From: Raillietiella orientalis
Taxonomy: Eukaryota
Direction: 5' to 3'
Length of the DNA: 64,000 nt
NCBI GenBank assembly: GCA_036172245.1
Contig: JAYWIR010000040.1
Span: 62,001 to 126,000 of the forward strand
The notes under the pieces were generated by a model, which was not told where the DNA came from, made no database searches, and saw nothing but the letters and a program-made list of their open reading frames with translations. Position numbers and translations under genes: made by a program. Positions within the stretch are counted from its first letter, which is position 1; each line of letters opens with the position of its first letter. Positions 11,047 to 21,976 of this stretch are shown in pieces.

Positions 11047-12125
11047 TTGACTTCGCAATTTTTCTCCTCGATGTCGGGAGTAAAATGCCAGCCCTGTTCT
11101 CCCTCTGCGGTTTCGGGAAGATTTTTCTCCAACGCCGCGCTTGGAGCTTGGGTCATTGGCAGCTTTTCTCGGGCAATTTTCCGGTTTTCCGATTTTTCTT
11201 TCCCCGCGCGTTTCCCTTGCGCCTTTTTGGCGGCCGAGGGAATCGGGGTGGGGCGTTTAGGGCACACACGACGGACGTGTCCCTTCTCCCCGCACAAGTA
11301 GCATACGATGTTTGGGCACCTCTTTCGGATGTGTCCGACCGCATCGCAGTAGCCGCAATACCGTGGCTTGCCCGCATACCAGAGGTCTACCGGTTCTCCC
11401 TCGACCTCAAGTTTGTGGGGAAGCTTCGCATCGTCTTTTAAGGTTACACGTGCCGCGGCGAGGCCCCCGAAGTGTCGTCCGTAGCCCTCAAAGATTGTGG
11501 GCTCAGGGCACAGCGCGTATACGTCCCGTATTTACTTAGCTCTTCTTTGAAGGCAGTGCGCGCCATGCGCTTAGATATTCCTGTCAAATGGACCACTAAC
11601 GAGTGGTCCATTGACACCGGGAAGATCTTACGGCCGTCCATGATCAGCGGGGTATTTATCAGGCGATCGGCTAGGCTGATGCTCTTGCACACCAGCTCAA
11701 CGCGCTGCGCCCCGCTGAGCAAGCACAGACCTTCCAGATCTTCCTCACGGACATTAGCATTTTGAAGCGCTCTGATAAATGAGCGCGCCGTGTTTCCCTC
11801 AAACAAAGGGCCTACCTTGTATACAAGCGATGGCTTGTATTCACAGGCCCGATAGGCGGCTTCCTCGGCCAAGGCCTCCGCACTGGGAGCGACGACCATT
11901 TCGCTCCAAGTCTTCGCCGGCTGCGAAGACGGTCCAGGGACTGTTGCCTTCATAGCTGTAGGTTGTGTGGGAGGACTTGCGTCCCCCACGACTACATCCA
12001 TCGCGGTGTCCTCTGGCACGGCTGCCATCGGACACCGAGGACCCACACTTGACACCTAACTGCACAAACTTCGGCTGCTTCCCAGACAAGCGCTGGCGGA
12101 GCGACCAAAAAACACGTCCACATAC
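11047..12125 (-). mobile_element. 5' part of C-like LINE N (UTR plus gag-like ORF1, frameshifted)
   Basis: GGACGTGTTTTTTGGTCGCTCC at 12119-12098. ORF1 from 12028 (MAAVPEDTAM) is homologous to the 14625 ORF1 and includes the knuckle CGEKGHVRRVCP. Confidence 0.85.
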
Positions 12126-12474
12126 ACCGACTTTCGGCAAAGGACCGCAAGACCGCGGGGGAGTATACGTCACCTACCTTATAAAGGAGGGCCGGGTTGT
12201 AGCCGTCGGCCATATACGCACGCTCTTCCTCTGCAGGGGGCGGCGCAGGCGCCGCCATCACCGGGCTCCAAGCCCTCGCCGGGGCGGGGGACGATTCCGT
12301 GGGAGAGATGGCCCCCACATCCATGGGCTGGGGGGACGAGGCTCGCTCGCCCCCCTCCGCCGTCTTTGCGGAATCCTCAGGCATCTCTGCCCAGGAACAA
12401 CCGCTCAAACCAAAAACACCAAGAACACTCGCGAGAAAAGCGCGAAGCACCACAAAAGCACGTCCGTCCTCTCG
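12126..12474 (-). mobile_element. 5' end of LINE M (UTR plus ORF1 N-terminus)
   Basis: Starts CGAGAGGACGGACGTGCTTTT. ORF1 ARAWSPVMAAP...RAYMADGYNPALLYKVG is homologous to the other ORF1 N-termini. Confidence 0.8.
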
Positions 12475-12489
12475 CGCGCGCCGTGGCGA

Positions 12490-14533
12490 TTCACACCCGG
12501 ATGTGGCGGGGCATTTATTTCAGTGAAATAAAAATACAGGAAATGTCGCGTGGCAAACCCCAATGTTCACCACTCCAAAACAGCTTGCTGGTTGCCGGCT
12601 GCATGCCGGAGAGGTCCTTCCGATGTGCGGGGATGAGAAATAACAAACAAAAAGAAACAAAAAGTTCAAATGTGGGGGGGGAACAAATGTTTTAGGGGTG
12701 GGAGGGCAGGGAAGGGATCACGTTGCGCGTGGGCAGGTCCCCTAGATCCTATCCACGATCCGGACAAGCTCAGTCCTTTCAGAGCCCAAGTGGCGCCACT
12801 TGCAGACACTGCGCGCGAAAAGGCGAGTCCATCGTAAGGCGTTGCCAGTTGGCTGACGTCTTCTTCTGGTGGCGTTCCAAGCCGCCACGATCCCTCGAAT
12901 GCAGCAGAGGATTGCTACAGAAGCGGGGGTGAACAAGGCGTCACTACAGAACAGGCGCCTGAAAACGTCCTTGGGGCCGCATCCGCGCAAGTCCAGGATC
13001 GCCGTAAGGCGATCCCATAAAGGGCGGATGGCACTGCACTCAATGAGAAGGTGGGGGAAGGTCTCTTTTTCCCCGCACCGGTCGCACTGGGGATCCACAG
13101 CCCCCCGGGTGGTGTGATACAGGCGTGCTTTACAGGGTAAACCCCAATGCATTACAAGCAGCGCCACCTCCTGCCATTTAAGGGGGAGGGATCCACTGTT
13201 CCAGGACGCTGGGGGCCACTTCATCTCCTCCGGAGATATTCCGAGTAGCTCGCCCCAGCGTCGAATTCCGTTGGGCGGGACACTCGGTGTCGCAGCGTCC
13301 CCTAGCTGCCGAGATGTCCACGCCTTTATCGGTTGTGTCCTTCCTTTTACGGTGCAGGACACGGTCCATTTCCCCAGCTCCCTACTGTCCCTGGCACTGA
13401 TGAGAAAGGGCAGCACTGGGGCAAGGGGGGTTATCAAAGCCCACATAAGCTTGTCGTGGGACCGCACGATCTCCTGCAGCGCCCAGCGAGCATGCCTTTT
13501 CAGGCAAGTGTTCTTTGTGCCCGCCGGTACGTAGATCTTTCCCCAGATGGAGACTGACTCGTGCAACCAGGCAGAGTAGTTCCCTGGGAGGCAGGAGATC
13601 CAGGCGTTCTCCCGTACCACAACGTCCATGCGACGCAGGAGAAAGCCGCCGTGTGCTTCTCTGCGGTCGCACGCCAGCAGAAAAAACAAAAGTCCTCCGA
13701 ATCCGCAGGCTCGTTGGGCCAGGAGGCGTGCTGGAACGCACCAAGGCGTGTCCCACAATTCGGCCGCGAGGGCGAGAGTCCTGAATCCGAGTTGAAGTTC
13801 CATGCGCTCCAGCGTAAGTACTCCAAATCCTCCGTCCTTACGTGGAGCGCACAAGTCTTTGAGCCTCACACGGGACCTCCCTTCTTTGGCTCGGGACTCA
13901 CCACGGAAGCGGCCACCCGCCCCAAGCTCTCAGCCCACAACTTGGCATACAACTTTGCGTCCGCATTCACTACTGTGATGGGACGCCAGTTGCCAATGTT
14001 GCGTAAGTCTGCTGATTTCGGCAGGAGACGTACTTTTGCTGACCGGAACGAAGCGGGAACTTCGCCGTGTTCGCGGATCAGCGTACTTAACCTGAGCACC
14101 AGGGGGGCCAGCTCTGGCGCGAAGCGATGGTAAAACTCCGCGGGCAGGCCGTCCTCCCCTGGTGCCTTCCGTTTCTTTAGCTTTGCGATGGCGGGGACGA
14201 CCTCCACCATCGTGAACGGTTCTGCCAACCGGAAACGATCCTTCTCCTTGAGCGCGGGAGCACCATCCGGCTGCAGGCGCTGCGCGAAATGGCGCTCCGG
14301 TGTTAGTGGCGCGTACAAGGAGGAATAGAACTCCCGCACGATGCGGCTTACCTGAGCTGGGCTGGAGCGTTCTTGGCCCTGATGGTCCAGCAAGCAGGCC
14401 GAGCCTGACTACCAGGCCTGCCTCTCCGCCTAAGCCTTGAATTCTGCCAGGCGACGAACGTCGGGACGCCTGGAATAACGGCGGGCCTGAAGGTATGCCC
14501 GCTCGTTCCTGACTCCGTCGCCGACTCCCTTGG
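12490..14533 (-). mobile_element. Tx1-like LINE family J, 3' part, RT core deleted
   Basis: ORF 13866-14393 (KAPGEDG, WRPITVVN) is joined at about 13885 directly to ORF 12742-13869 (RLKDLCAPR...CDRCGEKETFPHLLIEC). 3' hairpin variant at 12490-12519. Confidence 0.9.
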
Positions 14534-16752
14534 CGAGTAGACGTGTTTTTCCTTCGCTCTTCAGTGAGTCGAGAGGAATCGGTTTTTTCTTGCGTTGTTT
14601 GGTGTGGAACATCGTTGGTGTCCGATGGCAGCGATGCCTGAGGACACCACGATGGAGGTAGGTGTGGGGGAGGCTTGCCCACCCCCACAGCCTACAGAAT
14701 CAGGGGCGTCCGCCCCGGAATCGCCCTCGCCGCTCAAGGCGAGGAGCTGGAGCGCCATGGTGGCCGCGCCGAGCGCGGAAACCATGGCCGAGATGGCGGC
14801 CTACCGGGCAGCTGGGTACAAGCCCAGCTTGGTTTACCAGGTAGGCAATCTCTTTGACGGGCGAACTGCACGCGCTTTTTCGAAAGCGCTGCAGAACGCC
14901 AACGTGTTGGAAAAGGACCTTGACGATCTATCCGTGCTCAGCGGGGGTCAGCGCGTCGAGGTTGTCTGCAAGGACATCACCTTGGCGCAAAGCTTGATTA
15001 CCACCCCGCTGAACGTGGACGGACGCAAGATCCTACCAGTCACGATGGACCGCTCCGTAGTGGTCCATCTGACAGGGATCACCAGCCGCATGACGCGGTC
15101 TGCGGTTGGTGATCAGTTAAGAAAGTATGGAGATGTTCACGCGCTATGGCCAAAGGCCACAATCTTAGATGGCTACAATAGCCTTTTCGGAGGGCAGGCC
15201 GCCGCGCGCGTGACGGTGAAGGAGAGTGGGCTTCCCCACAAACTAGAGGTCAATGGCGAAGTCGTAGACCTCTGGTACGTGGGGAAACTACGCTTTTGTG
15301 GCTACTGCAATGCAGTAGGACACTTGCGCAAGCGGTGCCCGAACATTGTGTGCCACTTATGCGGGGAGAAGGGCCACGTACGCCGCGTATGCCCTAAACG
15401 CCCCACTCCGGTGCCGCCTGCTGCAAAGAAAGCACAGGCAAAACGCGGTAAACTGGTCGAAAGACCAAAAAGAGATACTGGCCGGCAGCAGCCGCTAGCC
15501 CCTGTTCCTCCCACAGGCGTCGGAAGAAAAACCCTCCGAAGACGCGGGAGTCCAAGACGGCTGGCAGTTGGTCAAGGCCAGGAAGGAGAAAGAGGTGCCC
15601 CCCGCGGAACACGCGAAAGCGCTAAAAAAGAAAGCCGGCAAGGCGAAAAAACCTGGGCGGCGCTCTAAGACCATGTGGGAGTGTACGGTAGCACTGGAGC
15701 GCATAGCCGTTCCCAAGATTGCCACCCGGGGCGACGAGCCTTCCCTCCCGTTTCCGCCGCGCCCGAGGCTCGCGACGGCGAACCCTCTGTGCAAACAGAG
15801 GGTGAGCCGCGCGACGCCCCGGTGAACACCGAGGACGCCGCGTTCGCAAAGGCGGCGGAGGAGCTCGCGGCCACGCTGGCGGAGCGTGAGAACCCCTCAC
15901 GCAAGGCCGTGCGAAGGCCGGCTCCCGCGAAAAAGGCCCCCACAGGTGAGTTGGACCTGGGGGCCCGAAGAACATCCTCCTCCTCGAAGGCACCCCCCAG
16001 GAAGTCGGGACGCAAGTCCCAGAAACCCAGGAGGCGCCTCCCCTCCACCCGCGAGGAGGAGAAGACGGAAGGTAGCGGTAGCGTAAGAATCCCGGAGGGG
16101 AAACTCCCACGCTCAGAAGCCGTCGAGCCGGCCACCCCCATGGAGGAGGGTGAGCAGGGGGGCGAAGTCCTCCCTGCAGTCGCCGAGCCTGAACAGCCCG
16201 CCCCCATGGAGGAGGGCCAACAGGTAGGCGTGACCCCAACTGAGGGTGATCCGCTCGACGCGCCGTTACCCATGGAGGAGGGGGACCAGGTGCACGCACC
16301 GCCTGACTTTCCTCCTCCACCTGACGTCCCGCCCCAACAGGTGGCGGACGCCGAATCGCCATCTTTCCCGAAGTAACACCTGGGCTCGCCAGTCGCCGTC
16401 GGATTCGCTCCGCCTGGTGGAACATCAACGGGCTGCGCGACGACAGTAACAGGCGAGATGCGGCCGACACCCTGCGTGAGCTCGACCTGGCCCTGCTGCA
16501 GGAGATCCACGTGATCACCGCGGCAGACACCCAGGAGATCGAGACGATCGCGGGGGGTCGGTTGTATTGGCGATGCGGCCTCCGCAACACCTGCGGGGTC
16601 CCGTTCTTCGTGAAGCCGGCCATCGACGCTGCCGTGAAGGGCGTGCGCTTCGATGACGACGGTCGGGTCGGTCAGCTGATTCTCGCTGTAGCGCGACTGG
16701 CTGGCGGACACGAACGTGCGGAAGGCTCACCTGATAGCAGGAGATTCCAATC
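14534..16752 (+). mobile_element. Tx1-like LINE family C, copy 1, 5' segment (UTR, ORF1, APE N-terminus); continues at 20898-21240 and 32257-32926
   Basis: 5' motif, ORF1 14625-16376, then APE WNINGL..LLQEIH..HLIAGD interrupted by B1. Inserted antisense into J. Confidence 0.92.
14625..16376 (+). pseudogene. ORF1 gag-like nucleic-acid-binding protein (family C), frameshifted
   Basis: Two CX2CX4HX4C knuckles (CGYCNAVGHLRKRC, CHLCGEKGHVRRVC), a basic low-complexity region and acidic PMEEG repeats. Confidence 0.88.
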
Positions 16753-19700
16753 GAGTGCGAACGTGTTTTTCTTCGCTCTCGTCTCCGTGCTTTCATCCCC
16801 TTCATCTTGGCGTCGTACATTTTGACGACGATGTCGACCAAACCCGAAGCTACTGAAGTTGGAGGAACAGCATCCGGATCTGCAATCGCGGAACCGACGG
16901 CCGCCTCCACTTCGTCTTTGTCGCCAATGGAGAGGAGTTTTGCTGACGTTGCCGCCACAGCAGCCGTCAAAGGGAAACCACTCGACGAGTCGGAGTTGCG
17001 GGCATACGTAGCTTAAGGCTATAGACCTGCTCTCCCATATAAGGTAAGTGGTTTTCTTTCTGCGCGCGACGGGAATCAGTTCAACGATGAACTGACCCGT
17101 GTTGGCGTGAGAGAGGAGGACCTCCTCGCCATTATGCCCGTAAAGGATATGGGCTATTTCAAAATGCGTTGCAAAGACGCTGCACTTGTGCAACGCTTGC
17201 TGCGCACCCCGTTGTCGATCCGTGGCCAGAAGGTCTTTCCGGCCGCCATGGACGACTCATTTGTGGCGGAGATTTTCGACATCGAGTCGGAAATCTCCGA
17301 TATTGATATTCGGAACGCGTTGGCGAAATTCGCCACGGTCCATGCGCTGTGGAGGGTGCGTAGCAACCTCAAGGACTTCCCGTCCATACACAGCGGAGTC
17401 GCTGGAGTCCGGCTTACAATGCCGGACCGCCGTCTGCTGCCCACCAAACTACAGGTAAAAGACACGGTCGTTCACCTGTGGTTCGTGGGCAAAGTAAGAA
17501 CGTGCGAGCAATGCGGTAAGGAGGGGCATTATTTGGATAAATGTACCTCTGGAAAATGCCGTTATTGCAAACTATCCGGGCACCAATTGAAAAATTGCCC
17601 GGATCTTTTGCGAAAAAAGGCAGCCGCGGAGCTCCATCTTAAGAAACAAAGCGCGGATATAAAGAAAAACTCTGCGAAAAACCTGGAGACCCCACGGCAG
17701 AAATTCCGTAAAAACGCGAAGCGGAATGTCGCCCCAAAGCTGCAGGAAGCCTTGCACGCGAAGCCCTGCGCGCCCCCTCTCGCGGCAGGGAAGCCGCAAA
17801 AGAAAGGGTGCGGGGAATCCGGGGCAATGGTGAGTCCCCCTAGGCGCAATAGATGTCCTTCCCAAGCACGCCCGGCTCTCTCGGAGTTCGAGCAACCGGC
17901 GGGGACGCCAATGGACAACGGCGGTAAGGACACTTCCAGTACCGTCAGATCCATTCCTTCACCTCCTGCAGTGGCTGAGAAGCCCAAATCGGGTAAGAAG
18001 GGTTGTGCCGTGTCGACTTTGAAAGTCGGCAAAAAGAAATCCGCGTCGCGATCCAACACCGCGAAAGCGGAGGAAAATCTCACGCCGTCGCAGTCGGAGA
18101 GCAAGCTCTCGACTGGCGCGGATGCCATGCCAACGAAGGGATTAAAAGCCCTTCCGAAGGCAGCGCCCATGACGAGCGTGTCGAAGCCATCGATAGTGCT
18201 TCCGTACAAAGACGCGGATGGCTTCAAAGATGGCAATGGAGCACAATCTCCATTTACGGCGCCACGCGAAGTGAGGAACCGTAATGAAGTAAAGAAGACT
18301 TCAGCAAAGGTCCCTCGTGCAAATGCGCGTGAGCACGCTGAAAACGCGCATGCCGCGAAAGCAGCCGTCACCAAAAGCGATGCTCTGGTGACGGAAAACG
18401 AAAACAGGACAGCTGTCAATCCAGCAGAACCTGTCACTGCTTCGCGGAAGGCCGAAACCCGATCGAACATGCGCCGGTCGGACTCCGAAATGGATGCCGT
18501 TCCGATCACCGAGACGAGGACAACTCGCTCGAAAGCGTGAGCGCGCCGATCAAAAGTAGGCAGCCAGGCAACTGTAGCCGCGAAGCCACGCTAAGTCTCC
18601 ACGAAACCCGACGGGGATAAGCCTGGCGTGGAGGCATTACATGCATGCAGCACGACAGAGGACGGTGGCGACCGTCCCCTCCAGCCAGTCGTGCTGCTCG
18701 CCGTCTGCTCGCCGGATAAAGCGAGCAAAAAGCCGCCACCTTCCCAGCAGTAATGCGGGGAATCGCGTCTTCTCGTCGTCTGTCCGTAACGTGTTGGAAC
18801 GTGAACGGACTACATAACGACGAGAAGAGGCGATTAGTAGCCAACGCCCTGCGCCCCTTCGACCTCGCGCTCCTGCAGGAGATTCACGTAATCTCCGACG
18901 AGCAGGCAGCCGAAATCGAGGCGCGCGCAGGCGGAACGCTACATTGGCGGTGCGGCGGCGCACACACGTGCGGCGTCGCGTTCCTCGTAAGAGGAAAAAT
19001 GGCGGAAGCGGTGCGTAGTGTTCGTTTCGATGACGACGGACGGATAGGCCAGCTGGTCATCAAGTGGTCCGAGTCCATCGATCTCGTCGTTACGAACGTC
19101 TACGCGCCGAGTGGCTCTCGCTACCTCGAAGAAAGAGTAGCTTTCTTTGGTGAGGTGCAGAGCCACTGGCTCAACAACTGCGGTTTCCAAGTGGCGCACC
19201 TCGTCGCTGGGGACTTCAACGTCCGCCTGCTCTCCGACGATTGGAGCCGCCCGAGGGAGCGCGCGCTGCCCATCGAGATGTGCGCGTCCGTGCACGCCGC
19301 CAACTTGATGGTCAGAGAACCTGGAATGGAAAGATCGCTCGATCACGTTTTCCTCGATGAAAACCTGCATTCGCGTGTGGGTAGGAGAGGAAGATTGTTG
19401 ACTAGGCTTTCTGACCACCACAGGTTGGAGTTTGAGATCCTTCCGCCAGGCAGGGGGCCTCCGTTGCGAAGCTGGAGGATGCAGGCGGATTGGCTTAGCC
19501 AACCGGAGGCTGCGGAGCATCTACGTGGACACCTCCGAGGCTTTGCCATTCAAGAACTTGCGGACTGGGACGATCTCAAAAGATCTGTCGCGCCGGCAGC
19601 GGAGGATTTCTCTCGCTTTTGCCGGGCACTCAATACAGGAAGCGGGGTTTCGGGTTTCCATTGCGGCAATTGACCGCACTTCTGGAAGCTCACTCGTGGA

Positions 19701-20897
19701 TCTCCTGCCGCCCAATGAACTTTGAAGCTTGGCGGCAGGAGTCTGTTGAATCCTGGGCGGCGTTCCAAGGAATACGCCCTGAAGATCTTCGCCCGCTGCG
19801 TCAATTTTTTCCACGATCCTTGGAAGAAGTACTGCAGGACGAGGTGAAGTTTTCTACCCTGGCTGCCACACCTCTTGCCGCAGCGCTGTCTGCCCTCAGG
19901 GCAAGAAACGACAGTTACCAACCGGCGAGGTGGGAGGTTTCCTGCACGATAGCGGGAAAAACCAAAATCCTTGGCGCCTGGAAGACGAGTGAGTTGGCGG
20001 ACGCCGCCACTCCTCGTGTTACTGCAAAGGGACTCCTCCGGTGGGTCAGAAGAACTTGCTGTCACCCCCGAAGAACTTGTAGTCCCTCCACAGTGTATTG
20101 ACAGTTTGCTGCTCCCCCTTGCTTGGAAACAAGCCGTGCTCTTTTCGTTCACTGGGGTTTTCAGTGCAACGAGCGTTGGCATCGTGACTCCGGGGGACTT
20201 GCGTCTGCGAACTGCGTTCGGTGCGGATCGACGGAGTCGATTCCGCACCTACTTCTGGACTGCGGTGTCCTACAAGGACTGTGGCGTAGGCTGGCAACAG
20301 CAGTAATGCATCCCGTGGACACCGCAAGAGACTTGCTGCGACGATTCTTCACGCCGAGCGGGCTGTCACTAAGCGCAAGGATTGCAACCATCGGTTGCAT
20401 ACCCGCTATAGTTTCCGTCCGCCAGGCGTTGGTAATCAACGGACAGCACGAAGAGGTAATCAGCAAAGCATCCTTCTACATGGGAGCATCCGCTAGATGG
20501 CCTCATTTGACAGAGGAGACAAAAAGGAATCTCGCCGCAATACACCGCCGGTTGACACACCCTCAGCAGCGGCCAACCCGGTGATCATTGCCCTACCCTC
20601 CATAAACTAATTTTGTATTTTCTTTTTACACCCGCGTCCCCATAGGCTCCGGAACATTTGAGGTGCTCATCGTTTATATCCCCGTGAGTACGGAGCCTAA
20701 CCAAAAACCCTTTTCCCTTCCCTCCAGTTTTTGATTTTTGTTTGTTTCCCCTCATTCCCCCCACGCTGCGAGGGGTTTGTTTACCAGGCCTGCGTGCCGG
20801 TAATTTTTCTATGTTGTCTGTCGTTCTGTTGGTTGGGGACATTGTCCCTGACCAGTTTATTATTATTAATAAACGCCCCGGCGTGACCGGGTGATAA
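16753..20897 (+). mobile_element. Tx1-like LINE family B, copy 1; both ends present, about 1.76 kb RT deletion
   Basis: TSD ATT(C/T)CAATC at 16744-16752 and 20898-20906. ORF1 16831-18753 has stops; TAATG at 18751-18755; APE from 18753. The deletion junction at about 19589 corresponds to 42472-44231 in B2. Confidence 0.93.
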
Positions 20898-21240
20898 ATT
20901 TCAATCTCCGTCTGCTAACAGGTGAGCCAGAAACACAAGAGAACGCGATGAACGAGTTGTGCGCCACCATGCGTGCGCGCATCTTGTTCGCGGGTGAGAG
21001 GGGAATGGTCCGCAGCATCGACCACGTCTTCCTCGACGCTGACCTGTGTTCCCGGGTCGGCAAACGGGGGAAAGTTGCGTCGACGTTGTCGGACCATTCC
21101 CGGCTAATTTTCGAGATGTGGCCTCTCGACAAAGGACCGGCATCCAGGGATTGGCGTCTGCCGGGGGACTGGACGCGACTCTCAGGTGCGAAGGAACACC
21201 TTCGCAAATACCTGAGAGGCGTCACGCTCCGGAAACTCCA
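20898..21240 (+). mobile_element. Family C copy 1, APE C-terminal segment
   Basis: FNLRLL...SIDHVFLD...LSDHSR resumes the GDFN motif broken at 16752. Confidence 0.9.
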
Positions 21241-21976
21241 TTGAAACCCGGGTGCGCCGGGACGTTTATTCTCACGAATAAACTTATACAATCTGTGACT
21301 GGACCAGTAGTCCAGCCACGCCCTGGAAAGATATAGCTTGCCGGGCTACCGGTGCGCAGACCGGCGCGGTCGACCTCGGCAGGAGAGGGGAGGGGGAACG
21401 AAACAAAAAGAAATCAAAAAATAAACAAAAATCAGGGAGGGAGCGGGAAGGGATCACAGTCTGCTGGGAGGGTCCGTCATCCTCTGGAGAATGCTGGCAA
21501 GCTGTTTCTGCGTGTGTGGTTCCAGGTGGGGCCATCGCGTCGCCATCCTGAGGAAACGGGCGGCATACACGTTGGCATCCCTGTCGCTGGATCCTCCCGT
21601 CGCTTTGCTCCATGCCACGACGATCCAGCGTAGACAGCACAGGGCTGCAAGCGAGGCCGCTGGAGGCAGGGCGTTGCGGACGAAGAGGGGGCGCAAAGCG
21701 TCTCTGGGGTTGCCTCCGGGGATCCCCAGGTTTGCGGCAAAGCGTTCCCACAAGGGACGGAGGGCAACACAATCCACTAACAGGTGGGGGAGGTATTCCC
21801 TCTCCCCGCACCTGACACAATTAGGGTTGACACCCCCCCGCGTCCAGTGGTGTCGGCGGGCGTTGCAAGGAAGCCCCCAATGCAACACCAGTAGCGACCA
21901 CGGTCAGACGTGTTCTCTGCGTGCTCCTGACTCGCTCGACTTTATTGGTGTAGTGCGGTGCATCAGTGGTCGGGGG

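Noticed and set aside
16360..16376. T_TTC_CCG as a canonical -1 slippery site before the ORF1 stop
   Set aside because: It is a non-canonical heptamer and its phase is not kept at 39245 or 47653. Frameshifting remains only an alternative hypothesis.
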